Below, piece by piece: positions 9,603-19,218 of a stretch of 64,000 bases of DNA. The position numbers were made by a program, and so were the translations under genes. Source of the stretch: Armatimonadota bacterium (lineage in GTDB: Bacteria; Armatimonadota; SYMT01); the NCBI GenBank assembly GCA_046292385.1, contig JBKBRF010000014.1, positions 79,066 through 143,065 on the forward strand, written 5' to 3'. Numbering within the stretch: the first letter of the stretch is position 1; each line of letters starts with the position of its first letter. Below the pieces are notes generated by a model. The model ran no database searches, was not told the DNA's origin, and was given only the letters and a program-made list of their open reading frames with translations.

Positions 9603-10592
9603 ATGAGCGCCGCAACCCCTTCCGTGGACAAACCCGGCTTGAAGCTCCGATTCCGCCGCGAGCACGGCCTGCTGCTGCTGTTCCTGGTAGTCTTCCTCGG
9701 CCTGGCACTCAGCGTGCCCCAGTTCGCCGGGCGGGACAACCTCCTGCTGGTGCTGCGCTTCCACGCGCCGATGGCCGTGCTGGCGACCGGCATGACGCTG
9801 GTGATCCTGACCGGCGGCATCGACCTCTCGATCGGCTCGATCGTGGCGCTCTCCGCGGTAGTGCTCGGCCTCGTCTGGAAAGGCACCGGCTCCGGTCCGC
9901 TCGCGCTCGCCGCCGCCGCCGGTACCGGCGCGCTCTGCGGCTTCATCAACGGCGCGCTCGTCTCCTGGGGCCGCGTGCCACCGCTCATCGTGACGCTCGC
10001 CACGCTCTCCGTCTTCCGCGGCGCGGCGTACGCCGTCGGCGGCAGCGACACCTTCAACGGCTTCCCCGCGTGGATGCTCTCGAAGAACTGGTACCAGTTC
10101 CTCTCGCTGCCTCCCGATCTCTGGCTGATCGCGCTGCTCTTCCTCGGCACCGGCCTCTACCTGGCGAAGACGAGCGGCGGTCGCGCCATCTACGCCGTGG
10201 GGCACAACGAGCAGGCCGCGCGCCTCTCCGGAGTCCCCGTCCGGCTCCTCAAGCTGCGCCTCTACACCGTGATGGGCCTCCTGGCCGGCCTCGCCGCGAT
10301 TCTCTACGCCGGTTACTTCGAGAGCGTGCGCGCCAACGTCGGCGGCGGCTACGAGCTGATCGCGATCACCATGGTGGTGCTCGGCGGCACCAGCGTCTCC
10401 GGCGGCGAGGGGAGCATGGCCGGCACCGCCCTCGGCTTCCTCACCCTGATCCTGATCCAGAACGGCATGGAACTGGGCGGCCACCGCTGGAATCTCCCCA
10501 CCGAGGCGCACGGAGTCGTCGTGGCGATCCTCCTCATTTCCGCTCTCCTGCTCGACGCCGGCTTCCGCCGGCGGGCACTCTCCAGGGTGTAG
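9603..10592 (+). CDS. Sugar-type ABC transporter permease (RbsC/LsrC family)
   Basis: GMTLVILTGGIDLSIGS, PPLIVTLAT, YAVGHNEQAARLSG, GGTSVSGGEG. Confidence 0.9.
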   Translation: MSAATPSVDKPGLKLRFRREHGLLLLFLVVFLGLALSVPQFAGRDNLLLVLRFHAPMAVLATGMTLVILTGGIDLSIGSIVALSAVVLGLVWKGTGSGPLALAAAAGTGALCGFINGALVSWGRVPPLIVTLATLSVFRGAAYAVGGSDTFNGFPAWMLSKNWYQFLSLPPDLWLIALLFLGTGLYLAKTSGGRAIYAVGHNEQAARLSGVPVRLLKLRLYTVMGLLAGLAAILYAGYFESVRANVGGGYELIAITMVVLGGTSVSGGEGSMAGTALGFLTLILIQNGMELGGHRWNLPTEAHGVVVAILLISALLLDAGFRRRALSRV

Positions 10593-10805
10593 CGTGTAGG
10601 GGGTAGGGTGTAGGCCTGTGGGGACGGCGGTTGCCGTGCGGTAGGGGGCTCGCCAGGAGTTGACCTCTCACGGACCCAACCCGCAGAGCTCACTCCACCC
10701 GGTTCGGCTCCTCCTCCGGTGCCCAGCTAGAGCAGGAGCAACCGTGCTCGAATGGCGCACCTGCCTCCGGAAGATCTACACGCTACACCCTACACGCTAC
10801 ACCCT
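10584..10805. repeat. Paired inverted heptamer arrays (TAGGGTG/TAGCGTG family)
   Basis: 10584-10613 vs reverse complement of 10776-10805: 28/30 identical. Confidence 0.85.
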
Positions 10806-10933
10806 CGTATACTTCACACGGTCCGGCGCGCCCCTGGTTCCCCGCTCGTGGGGAGACGACTGCCACGCGGCCGGAAACCATGCTGCCGCCTCGCCCCGGC
10901 GGCTTGCTACACTCACGCTACGAGGAGCTTTCG

Positions 10934-11452
10934 ATGGTTGAACGACGCGAAGGCGAGGTTACCATGAAGGGTAACCCGATCACCCTGCTCGGCCCGCGGA
11001 TCGAGGCGAATGAGGACGCGCCGGAGTTTACCGCGCTGAAGAACCTGGTCACCCCGGTCAAGCTCTCCGACTCCAACGGTAAGGTCCGCGTCCTCCTTTC
11101 CGTGCCGTCGCTCGATACCCCCGTCTGCTCCCTGGAGACGAAGCGCTTCAACCAGGAAGCCGAGGGCCTGGGCGGCGACGTGGAGATCCAGGTGGTGAGC
11201 ATCGACACGCCGTTCGCGCAGAGCCGCTGGTGCGGCGCCGAAGGCGTGAGCAACGTGGTGACCCTCTCCGACTTCCGCGACCGCGACTTCGGCAAGAAGT
11301 ACGGCGTGGAGATCGAGGGTCTCGGCATCTACGCCCGCGCGGCGTTCGTGGTCGACCGCCAGGGCGTGGTCGTCTACAGCGAGTACGTGCCGGAAGTAGC
11401 CCAGGAGCCGAACTACAGCGCCATCCTGGACGCCGCCAAGGCCGCTATCTAA
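10934..11452 (+). CDS. tpx: Thiol peroxidase Tpx (atypical 2-Cys peroxiredoxin)
   Basis: SVPSLDTPVCSLETKRFN, DTPFAQSRWC, EPNY; GAGGAG RBS. Confidence 0.95.
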   Translation: MVERREGEVTMKGNPITLLGPRIEANEDAPEFTALKNLVTPVKLSDSNGKVRVLLSVPSLDTPVCSLETKRFNQEAEGLGGDVEIQVVSIDTPFAQSRWCGAEGVSNVVTLSDFRDRDFGKKYGVEIEGLGIYARAAFVVDRQGVVVYSEYVPEVAQEPNYSAILDAAKAAI

Positions 11453-11465
11453 GCGCTTCCGTTCT

Positions 11466-11503
11466 GGACGCGAAGACGCGAAGTTCTGAAAGCACGCGAA
11501 GAG
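11466..11503 (+). repeat. Left arm of ACGCGAAG-type inverted repeat (partner at 16415-16452)
   Basis: ggacgcgaagacgcgaagttctgaaagcacgcgaagag; 32/38 identical to the reverse complement of 16415-16452. Confidence 0.75.
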
Positions 11504-11535
11504 GGCCGTGACTCGCCGTGAGTTACGGCCCTTTG
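11502..11535. terminator. Hairpin between convergent genes, possible terminator
   Basis: agggccgtgactc/gagttacggccct 13-bp stem (one G-U) with a short T run. Confidence 0.5.
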
Positions 11536-11568
11536 CGTGTACAGAGAGGAGGAGGCGGCCTCCCAGCC

Positions 11569-13632
11569 TCACTCCGGAGGCTCCTCCGAAGCGACCAGGA
11601 AGAAGTGGGCGATCGGCTCCGCGCCGGGGATTTGCAGCACCACTTCCACTCGCTGGCCCTTCACTCGGGTCAGGTCCCGCTCCGTCGCTTTCGGATTATG
11701 TACGCGAGCAGATTCTAGCGCCTCCTCGGTATTCTCCGCGTGGAACCACTCATTCCCGGCGTAGAGCCACGCGGCGGGGACACGTCGCAGGTGCAGCGTT
11801 CCGCTCATCAGCGCCGCTTCCAGCCGGTCCTCTTCCTCGAAGCCGCGTCCGAGCACGAACGCCCGTTCGCCAGCGCCTGGCCGGGCCTCCGTGCCGTCGA
11901 AGAGCGCAACCGTATCCGCGCAGACGCGGAGTGCGTACCGCCTGGACACCGCGGAGAGAGCTGTGATGGGGACCGGTCGTCCGGTACTCAGCGTGCGCAG
12001 GAGCGGCGGCGGCAGCGAGTGCAGCAGGCGCAGCATCGGCCGGCTCTGCTCCAGATCCGCTTCCAGCAGCGAGGACAGACCTCCGAAACCGCGGCTCTCC
12101 CACCGCTGCACCAGGACGTCCGCCTGGCCTGGCGTGAGACTCCCGCCGATTTCCAGTAGATCGGGGAGCGCTAGAGCCTGACTCTGACGGATCCTGCGTT
12201 CCCAAGCCTCCACCCGACGGGCGGGCGGCTCCACCGCTCTAGAAGCAGCCCACGCTACATGCCGGAACGACAGGTAACCGCGCTCCAACCGGCAGTGCCG
12301 GCTGAAGCTGCGGCACACCCGCTCCAGCACCCTGGCCGCCGGCTCTTGCACCGTGACCATCGGACTATGGATCGCGTCGCTCCCGTAGCCATCCGCCACG
12401 ATCGGGTAAGGGAGATGCGCCGACAACCGCTCCAACACGTCGGCTAGTAGGTTCGGGTGCTCCGGCTTCACCTTCTCGGGTTTCGGAAGGCTGATCGGGA
12501 GCTGTAACTTTCGCACCTGCTCATCCAGCTGCGGCTCCGAGATTGAGTAATGGAATGAGCCGGGGTGAACCTCTTCCTGAAAGGTCGTCTCCACGCGAGT
12601 ATGGCTTCGGTCGTCGCCGTAGCTACCCAGGGTGCGAACACGGACACGCAGCCGCGCATCCGGGCCAACGTCCTCGAGCGAGAGCTCCGCTCGCACGCGT
12701 TGCGCGGAGTGGAACGGGATGGGGACATCACGCCCGGTCTCCTCGTCGATGCGATGCGCCAGGCTCCCCAGCCCTCCGGCCACGATGCTGGCTGCCATCT
12801 GCGCTGAGATCGGCACCCGATCTCGTTCGCGAGGGAAGGAAAATCGAATCGACTCCCCCTGCCACAGTGCGGCCTGACCCTCTGCCGGAAGCGTTGAGTA
12901 GAGTCGGCCCGCGGCATCCAGGCCGTTGAACCCTCGAAAGCGCTCCGGGTCCAGGATCAGAAGCCGGCGCTGCTCCCTCAGCAGCGCCCCTCGCTCAGCG
13001 CGAGACGGCGGCGGCCCGAGGGGCACTCGCCGGATCGACGTGCCGTCCTCCTCTCGCTCCACGACGATACGGCCGTGCAGTCGCTCGTCGATCTCACCCA
13101 GCCGCCGGCGCCACTCTTCCGGACCCCGGCGCGCGAGGGCCGCAACCTCCGGGCTGCCGGCGAGCCGCCGCCACTCCTCCAGCAACTCCCGCAGGGCGGC
13201 CACTTCACCTTCGGGGCAGCCGCGCAGGGCCAGCTCCCGCCGGCGGGCCGCCAGGCTCTGGATCAGCACCAGCTCCGGCTTGCCGGCCCGCGTACGCTGC
13301 ACCCACTGGTAGTCCAGGTGGTCTGCCACGACCGCGAGGATTTCGTGGGCCGGGCGGCTCCGTGCGAAGAGGGTGATCCGCTCGTCCGCCACCTCGGAGC
13401 CTGCCGCGACGGGCGCGCCCGTGAGGCGGGCGATCCTGGCGAGGAAGCCGGCCAGCGGCTCTTCCCGGGCGGTGACCGTCACCTCCGCCTTCAGTCTCGG
13501 ATCGCTCTCCAGCGGCCCGCTCGACTCGGCCGACACCCGGATCGACGCGGAAGTCCCGGCGAGACAGCTTACACCCGCCAGGTGCAGCGCTGCCCGGCGG
13601 GTGAGCCAAAGGCAGTGTAATGGCGGTCGCAT
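11569..13632 (-). CDS. Hypothetical exported protein with N-terminal STN/secretin-N0-like domain
   Basis: RR-containing signal-like N-terminus; LKAEVTVTAREEPLAGFLARIA...ITLFARSRPAHEILAVVA pattern; atypical codon usage; start uncertain. Confidence 0.6.
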   Translation of the reverse strand: MRPPLHCLWLTRRAALHLAGVSCLAGTSASIRVSAESSGPLESDPRLKAEVTVTAREEPLAGFLARIARLTGAPVAAGSEVADERITLFARSRPAHEILAVVADHLDYQWVQRTRAGKPELVLIQSLAARRRELALRGCPEGEVAALRELLEEWRRLAGSPEVAALARRGPEEWRRRLGEIDERLHGRIVVEREEDGTSIRRVPLGPPPSRAERGALLREQRRLLILDPERFRGFNGLDAAGRLYSTLPAEGQAALWQGESIRFSFPRERDRVPISAQMAASIVAGGLGSLAHRIDEETGRDVPIPFHSAQRVRAELSLEDVGPDARLRVRVRTLGSYGDDRSHTRVETTFQEEVHPGSFHYSISEPQLDEQVRKLQLPISLPKPEKVKPEHPNLLADVLERLSAHLPYPIVADGYGSDAIHSPMVTVQEPAARVLERVCRSFSRHCRLERGYLSFRHVAWAASRAVEPPARRVEAWERRIRQSQALALPDLLEIGGSLTPGQADVLVQRWESRGFGGLSSLLEADLEQSRPMLRLLHSLPPPLLRTLSTGRPVPITALSAVSRRYALRVCADTVALFDGTEARPGAGERAFVLGRGFEEEDRLEAALMSGTLHLRRVPAAWLYAGNEWFHAENTEEALESARVHNPKATERDLTRVKGQRVEVVLQIPGAEPIAHFFLVASEEPPE

Positions 13633-13742
13633 AGCGCATCTGACGCCGGTGCGGCGGAGCAGTTTCGGAGGGAATGCGCTCCACCGTTGCGTGCCGGCCC
13701 GGCGAGGAAGGCAATGGAAGCTACCATCCCGAACGAGCAGGC

Positions 13743-15077
13743 ATGAGCCGCCCCCGCCGCTTCCGCTGGCTGCGCTTCGCCCCGTTGCTGCTCGTGCTGG
13801 TGGTCGGCATCGGCTGGGGCCGCAAGGCGCTGACCCCACCGCTCCACGTGGCCCGTTTCGCGGACGGGACCACGGTGACGGTGCACGAGATCGACTGGGG
13901 TCCGGGGAACGAGTACGTCGATGGAACCGCGTGGGACCGGCTGATCGCTCCATTCATGTCGCCCTGGAAGCGACCGCAAGTCCGGAGTGTCCACGCCCCC
14001 GATCCCCAGACGCCGGTGATCTGGTTCTCGGACCAAGGACCCTCCGCCGGAGCGTGGGACGACATCTCGGTCTTCGACGAGCATGGGTGCGAGTCGCGGG
14101 CTACCGCGGCCTGGACCCGATTCGTCTCCGCTTCGTTCACTCCCTCCGGTAACCAGTTGAGGTTGGTCGGGCTCCACTCGCTCGCGCCTCCGGCGTATCC
14201 ACGCCGGGGAAGGCTGTTGGGCGTACGGTTCTGGGACCGCAGCGACCGTATCCTCGGAGAGGTCCGGCTCGCCAACCCATCGCGAGGCACGCATCCCTCG
14301 TGGCAGGATGAGCCTCTGAAGCTGAGCGAAGCACTCGACGATCTCCACCGGATCCGGCTGGATCACTTCAAAACCGGCTTCCCTCTCGGAGGCGGGTGGA
14401 CGCATCCGGTGCTCTACGGCAATACCAAGATTGGCCTCGAGATTACGCGCGGAGGCCGCCCAACCGTGGATTGGGTGCCGTACTACGCATCGATCCACGA
14501 CGCCACTGGCAACACCTATCCCGGCCTGCGCCACCAGGGAATGGGAGGGCCGAGAGCACGAATACACCAGCTCAGTGATCTCGTCACGCTTTTCCCGGAT
14601 GACGAGATCTACCGCGTGAAGGTCGCGTGTGGTCGCACGCGCACTGCCAGCTTCGCGCCGGACGAGTTGTGGACACTCCCCGATGTTCCGCCGGCAGACG
14701 CCGGCGGCGAATCGAAGCCGGTAGTGGTGGCACGTGACGGCCTGGAATTACAGGGCGAGGTGGTCCGCGAAGCCGAGACACGCTCACTGCAGCTTCAGGT
14801 GTCGATCAATCACGGAACGCCGGATCTCTACCTCACGGTCGTCCGTGCCGTCGACGAATCCGGCCGAGAAATCCAGCTTCCGTCGGAGGTTGCAAACGGA
14901 TACTCCGGTCCGAGCATCCACTACTTTCCCACCAATTCGTCCACTCGCTATGACCTCCCCGTCCCCCGGTGGGGGAGGAAGGTCACCCTCACGGTAGCGG
15001 TGCAGCGCGCGAAGTGGGTGGAGTTCACCGCCACGCCCGCGCGTCCTGCCGAGGCGGACACGGGCGCTGTGAGATAA
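13743..15077 (+). CDS. Hypothetical membrane-anchored protein, paralog 1
   Basis: N-terminal basic + hydrophobic anchor; homologous to 15127-16401. Confidence 0.75.
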   Translation: MSRPRRFRWLRFAPLLLVLVVGIGWGRKALTPPLHVARFADGTTVTVHEIDWGPGNEYVDGTAWDRLIAPFMSPWKRPQVRSVHAPDPQTPVIWFSDQGPSAGAWDDISVFDEHGCESRATAAWTRFVSASFTPSGNQLRLVGLHSLAPPAYPRRGRLLGVRFWDRSDRILGEVRLANPSRGTHPSWQDEPLKLSEALDDLHRIRLDHFKTGFPLGGGWTHPVLYGNTKIGLEITRGGRPTVDWVPYYASIHDATGNTYPGLRHQGMGGPRARIHQLSDLVTLFPDDEIYRVKVACGRTRTASFAPDELWTLPDVPPADAGGESKPVVVARDGLELQGEVVREAETRSLQLQVSINHGTPDLYLTVVRAVDESGREIQLPSEVANGYSGPSIHYFPTNSSTRYDLPVPRWGRKVTLTVAVQRAKWVEFTATPARPAEADTGAVR

Positions 15078-15126
15078 TACCTGCACATCGGAAGGTAAGC
15101 GCCAATACGATGCTGAACGGGCGGGT

Positions 15127-16401
15127 ATGTCCCGCCCCCGCCGCTTCCGCTGGCTGCGCTTCGTCCCGCTGCTCGCCGTGCTGGTGCTGGGGATCGTCTG
15201 GGGCCGGAAGGCGCTCACCCCACCGCTGCACGTCGCCCGCTTCGCGGACGGCACCACGGTGACGGTCCACCGGATCGACTGGGGGCCGAGCACCTACGTG
15301 GAGGGTGCCTGGTGGCAACAGCTACTCGTGCCAATTCTCCCGGCTCGGTGGGGGCCGCGGATTCACGAGAAGACCGACCTCCAGCAGACTACGCCCGTTC
15401 TCTGGCTATCGGAAACGGGACCCATTGCAAAGCAGTGGTTTGCCGCCACGGTGTTCGATGAGCTGGGCAACGAAACGCTCGTCGGCGTACAGCACTGGGC
15501 AGTGAGCGGGGGTGACGTCTACCCAATGCCACTCAATCCGTACCCGCGCCGTTCTCACACTCTGGGGATTCGGTTCTGGCGGTGGGATGGCAAGCGTCTG
15601 GGGGAGCTCCGATTGAAGAATCCGCGGCTATCTCAAGACCCGCAGCAGATTCCGGAACGCCTTCCCGCGCGTCGTTCCCTGGCTGGCTCCCGAGTCAGCC
15701 TGGTTGGCTTTCGCACCGGACTTCCCAGTTCCTCGCACGACGCATTCGCGCGCGAAACCGAAATGCTGTTCGAGGTGTCAAGGGGCGGCGCCACTGACGA
15801 GACCTGGATCCCCGTCGGCGCATCGGTTACGGACGCAACCGGGAATCGATTCGACCTGCCTTCCAAGATGGGTCGGGAACGGCGCGGCCCCCTGCACCGG
15901 CTCTACTTCGAGGGTAATCTGTTCCAGAGCGAGCAGGGCTACCACATTCAGGTCGCGTGGGCTCGCAGCGTTCGCGCCCGCTTCTCCGCGAGCGAGCTGT
16001 GGACCCTGCGCGACATTCCGATGCCGCGGTTCGGGGAGCGAACTCCCTTATCGAGGCAGACGAGGTTTGGGGCGGCCAGGCTCACGGCGGTGGAGCTAAG
16101 TCGAGAGTACCGGGACGGCCGCCCGGAGCTCCAAATACAGTCAAACTCGGGCGAGTTCAACCCGCACGTCTCGCTCGTGAGCGCGGTCGACGATCGGGGT
16201 AGGAAGCTGCAGGTGCGACCGGACTGGGAGGATGGGCTCTCATTCGGTCCGGACTTCACGCTTTACAGTCTGCCGTTTACGCGCGGCATCAACGCCAAGT
16301 CGGTGACGCTTACCCTGGCGTTGCAGTACCCGAAGTGGGTAGAGTTCACCGCTGCGCCGACCTGGCCGGCGAAGAAGGGGGCGTCCACCGCAGCGAAGTA
16401 G
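15127..16401 (+). CDS. Hypothetical membrane-anchored protein, paralog 2
   Basis: First ~53 aa nearly identical to paralog 1; shared KWVEFTA C-terminus. Confidence 0.75.
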   Translation: MSRPRRFRWLRFVPLLAVLVLGIVWGRKALTPPLHVARFADGTTVTVHRIDWGPSTYVEGAWWQQLLVPILPARWGPRIHEKTDLQQTTPVLWLSETGPIAKQWFAATVFDELGNETLVGVQHWAVSGGDVYPMPLNPYPRRSHTLGIRFWRWDGKRLGELRLKNPRLSQDPQQIPERLPARRSLAGSRVSLVGFRTGLPSSSHDAFARETEMLFEVSRGGATDETWIPVGASVTDATGNRFDLPSKMGRERRGPLHRLYFEGNLFQSEQGYHIQVAWARSVRARFSASELWTLRDIPMPRFGERTPLSRQTRFGAARLTAVELSREYRDGRPELQIQSNSGEFNPHVSLVSAVDDRGRKLQVRPDWEDGLSFGPDFTLYSLPFTRGINAKSVTLTLALQYPKWVEFTAAPTWPAKKGASTAAK

Positions 16402-16414
16402 CCTCTGGAGGTGA

Positions 16415-16452
16415 CCCTTCGCGTCCTTCCAATACTTCGCGCCTTCGCGTCC
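16415..16452 (-). repeat. Right arm of ACGCGAAG-type inverted repeat (partner at 11466-11503)
   Basis: cccttcgcgtccttccaatacttcgcgccttcgcgtcc. Confidence 0.75.
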
Positions 16453-16478
16453 GTTCGGAAGTCCTCCGCGCGAGAGCG

Positions 16479-17681
16479 TCAGGCAGTGAGGCCGAGGTAG
16501 CGGGGCTGCCAGTCGGGGAAGACGCGGTCCAGGTGCGGGTTGTGCAGCCGGCGCTCCACGATCTCGCCCAGGATGTCCCGGTAGTCGGTGGTGACGCGCA
16601 GGTTGCCGTCGCGGTCCAGCTCGTCCTTGGAGAGGCCGGGCCAGCGGCCGTAGACCTTGCCGCCCCGGATGCCGCCGCCGAGCAGGAACATGGCGCTGCC
16701 GCGGCCGTGGTCGGTGCCGAGGCCGCTGTTCTCGTGGACGCGGCGCCCGAACTCGGTCATCGCGACCACCGTCACGCGCTTCATCCGGCGCTCCAGGTCG
16801 GCGTGGAAGGCGTGGAGCGACTTCCCCAGGTCCTGCATCAGGCCGCTCATCAGCGTCACCTGCGCCACGTGGGCGTCCCAGCCGCCGAGGTCGACGGAGG
16901 CGATCTCCAGGCCCACGTCGGCCTTGATGAGCTGCGCCACCTGCTTGAGGCCGCGGCCCAGATCGGTCTCCGGATACGCGGCGCCGCCGGAGGGGGCGTA
17001 GTCGTCCGGCTTCAGGCGGTCGAGCCGGCCGAGCAGCTCGAAGATGTGCCCGCCCGCGGTGCGGGCCGCGTCGCCTTCGCCGGGATAGAGCTCCGTCAGC
17101 AGGTCGCGGTAACCGGACGGCCAGCCATCCGGAACGGCCAGGCGGAACTCCGAGAGGGAGCGGACGGCGGTCGCCTGGGTGCTGCCCTGGAGCGACTTCG
17201 GCAGCACGTCGCCGAACGCGACGGCTCGCATCGGGGAGCTGTTGCCGGTCTCGCGGGTCGCCAGGTGGCGGCTGATCCAGCCGCTGGCGGTGCTGTTCCC
17301 GTCCGAGACGCCGCGCTCCATCGTCTGCATCGCCTCGAAGTGGGAGAGGGTGGTGTCCGGGCTGCCGCAGGCGTGGACCACCGCCAGCCGCTTCTCCTGG
17401 AACAGCTCCGCCAGCGGCGCCAGGTCCGGGTGCAGCCCGAAGAAGCCGTCCAGGTCCACGGCGCCGGCCGCCTTCCCGGGGTCGGCGATCGCCAGGGTGG
17501 GGCGCTGGCGCTGGTAGGAGGGGTCGGCGAACGGCGGGACGGTGTGGACGCCGTCCATGGCGCCGCGGAGGAAGATCACTACCAGCACGTCGCCGGCCCC
17601 CGGCGCTTCGGCGAAGACCATCCGCGGGCGGGCGGCGCCGCGCAGCAGGTCGCGGCGGGAGAGGGAGCGAGTCGCGGGCAT
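16479..17681 (-). CDS. DUF1501 family protein
   Basis: SRRDLL N-terminus, VVIFLRGAMDG, SHFEAM, GGWDAH, TEFGRR..EN..GTDHG. Confidence 0.9.
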   Translation of the reverse strand: MPATRSLSRRDLLRGAARPRMVFAEAPGAGDVLVVIFLRGAMDGVHTVPPFADPSYQRQRPTLAIADPGKAAGAVDLDGFFGLHPDLAPLAELFQEKRLAVVHACGSPDTTLSHFEAMQTMERGVSDGNSTASGWISRHLATRETGNSSPMRAVAFGDVLPKSLQGSTQATAVRSLSEFRLAVPDGWPSGYRDLLTELYPGEGDAARTAGGHIFELLGRLDRLKPDDYAPSGGAAYPETDLGRGLKQVAQLIKADVGLEIASVDLGGWDAHVAQVTLMSGLMQDLGKSLHAFHADLERRMKRVTVVAMTEFGRRVHENSGLGTDHGRGSAMFLLGGGIRGGKVYGRWPGLSKDELDRDGNLRVTTDYRDILGEIVERRLHNPHLDRVFPDWQPRYLGLTA

Positions 17682-17686
17682 CGGTT

Positions 17687-19204
17687 CTACCTCCACTGGA
17701 ACTCCGGCGCGGAGAGCAGCATGGCGAGCTGCGGACCCGCTGCGTCCTCTTTTCGGCCCTCGGCCAGGGCGGCCAGCTTCTTTAGCACCGGCTCGGCCAG
17801 CGGGCGGCCCAGCACCAGGCGCGAGAGGGAGCGCGCGACCTCCACCGGCTCCTTCTTCCCCGTGGCGCGGGCGAGGCCCGGGGCGTCGACCGACGTGCCG
17901 TCGATCTTGCCGTTCAGCAGGTCGAGCGCGAAGTTCCACCGGGCGAGCAGGCTGGGGGTCCAGGCGTCGACTCGCTCCGGGTAGCCGTCCGGCATGGTCC
18001 ACTTGTACGGGAGCTGGCCCATCCGCTCCAGGTAGGGGAGCACCCCGACGCCCTGGGTGTCGGCATTCAGCACGCGCAGCGCGGAGACCGCGTAGTCGAA
18101 CGGCCGCTTCAGCTTCCGGTCGGGGCCCCGCTGCAGCTCCCGGCTGCGGAACAGCTCCGAGAGGACCTGGCGAAGGTCGCCGTCGGTCTTCGTAAAGACC
18201 TCCGCGAGCCGGGCGGTGAGGCGCGGCTGCGGGCGGTCCGAGACGAAGCGGCGGCAAAGCTTGCGCGCGATGAACCGTGCCGTGCTGGGGTGCCCGCAGA
18301 CGAGGTCGATCACCTGCTCGCCGTCTTTCAGCCCCTGCCCGGGGGGAATCTTCACGCCGAGCACCCGCTTGGGGCCGTCGTCGTGGTGCTGCGGCTCGAA
18401 GGTGAAGTCGCCGGGCCAGAAGCTGAAGCCTTTCTTGTAGCTCCAGCCGCTGAAGCAGCGGGCCACTTCCTGGATGTCTTTCAAGGTGTAGCCGCCGTCC
18501 ACGCCGAGCGTGTGCAGCTCCAGCAGCTCTCGCGCGTAGTTCTCGTTCGCGCCGGAGCCGGTCTTCGGATCGCGCTTGTGGTTCTTGTCGTTGTCCAGGT
18601 AGAAGAGCATCGCCGCGCTGTGCGCGGAGGCGGAGACGAGGTCCCGGAACCGGCCCAGGGCGTGCTTCCGGATCTGGCGGTCGTCCACCGTCTTCAGCCA
18701 GGAGCATTCCGCCTTGAGCTGGCTGACGTTGAAGTGATCGGTCCAGAGCTCCACCATCACCTGCTCGAGCTGGCGGCTGCTGTAGACCGCGCGGAGCACG
18801 CATGCCTGCTGGAGCTCGATCGCCGCCTGGCCCTGGCCGACCTCCGGATAGGTCGCCATCTCGAAGTCCTGCGCGTCGGAGGCGTCCATGTTCAGCGTGT
18901 CGAGCGGGAGCAGGCGCATCCACGCGGCGCGGCTCTCGTCGATCGTCTCCGGCGAGAGCTGTTCCTCCAGGTAGGCGTCGGTGCCGATCTCCCGCACCCG
19001 TTCCAGGTCGCCCGGGCGGGGCCCGAACGCCGCGCGGTTGAGCAGCCGCCACGCCGGATCGACCGGCTCCGCTTCCGCCGCGCCGATCCGCTCCGGCAGC
19101 TCCGGGACGGAGAGCCGGCGGGTCACCTCGCTGCAGCCGGAGATCGCCGCGGCGCCGGCGGCGCCCGCCGCCAGCTTGAGCAGCTCCCCACGTGAGAGTC
19201 TCAT
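17687..19204 (-). CDS. DUF1800 family protein
   Basis: LLNRAAFGPRPG, WTDHFNVS, MLFYLDN, NENYARELLELHTLGV. Confidence 0.9.
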   Translation of the reverse strand: MRLSRGELLKLAAGAAGAAAISGCSEVTRRLSVPELPERIGAAEAEPVDPAWRLLNRAAFGPRPGDLERVREIGTDAYLEEQLSPETIDESRAAWMRLLPLDTLNMDASDAQDFEMATYPEVGQGQAAIELQQACVLRAVYSSRQLEQVMVELWTDHFNVSQLKAECSWLKTVDDRQIRKHALGRFRDLVSASAHSAAMLFYLDNDKNHKRDPKTGSGANENYARELLELHTLGVDGGYTLKDIQEVARCFSGWSYKKGFSFWPGDFTFEPQHHDDGPKRVLGVKIPPGQGLKDGEQVIDLVCGHPSTARFIARKLCRRFVSDRPQPRLTARLAEVFTKTDGDLRQVLSELFRSRELQRGPDRKLKRPFDYAVSALRVLNADTQGVGVLPYLERMGQLPYKWTMPDGYPERVDAWTPSLLARWNFALDLLNGKIDGTSVDAPGLARATGKKEPVEVARSLSRLVLGRPLAEPVLKKLAALAEGRKEDAAGPQLAMLLSAPEFQWR

Positions 19205-19218
19205 CGCGCGCTCCCGTC

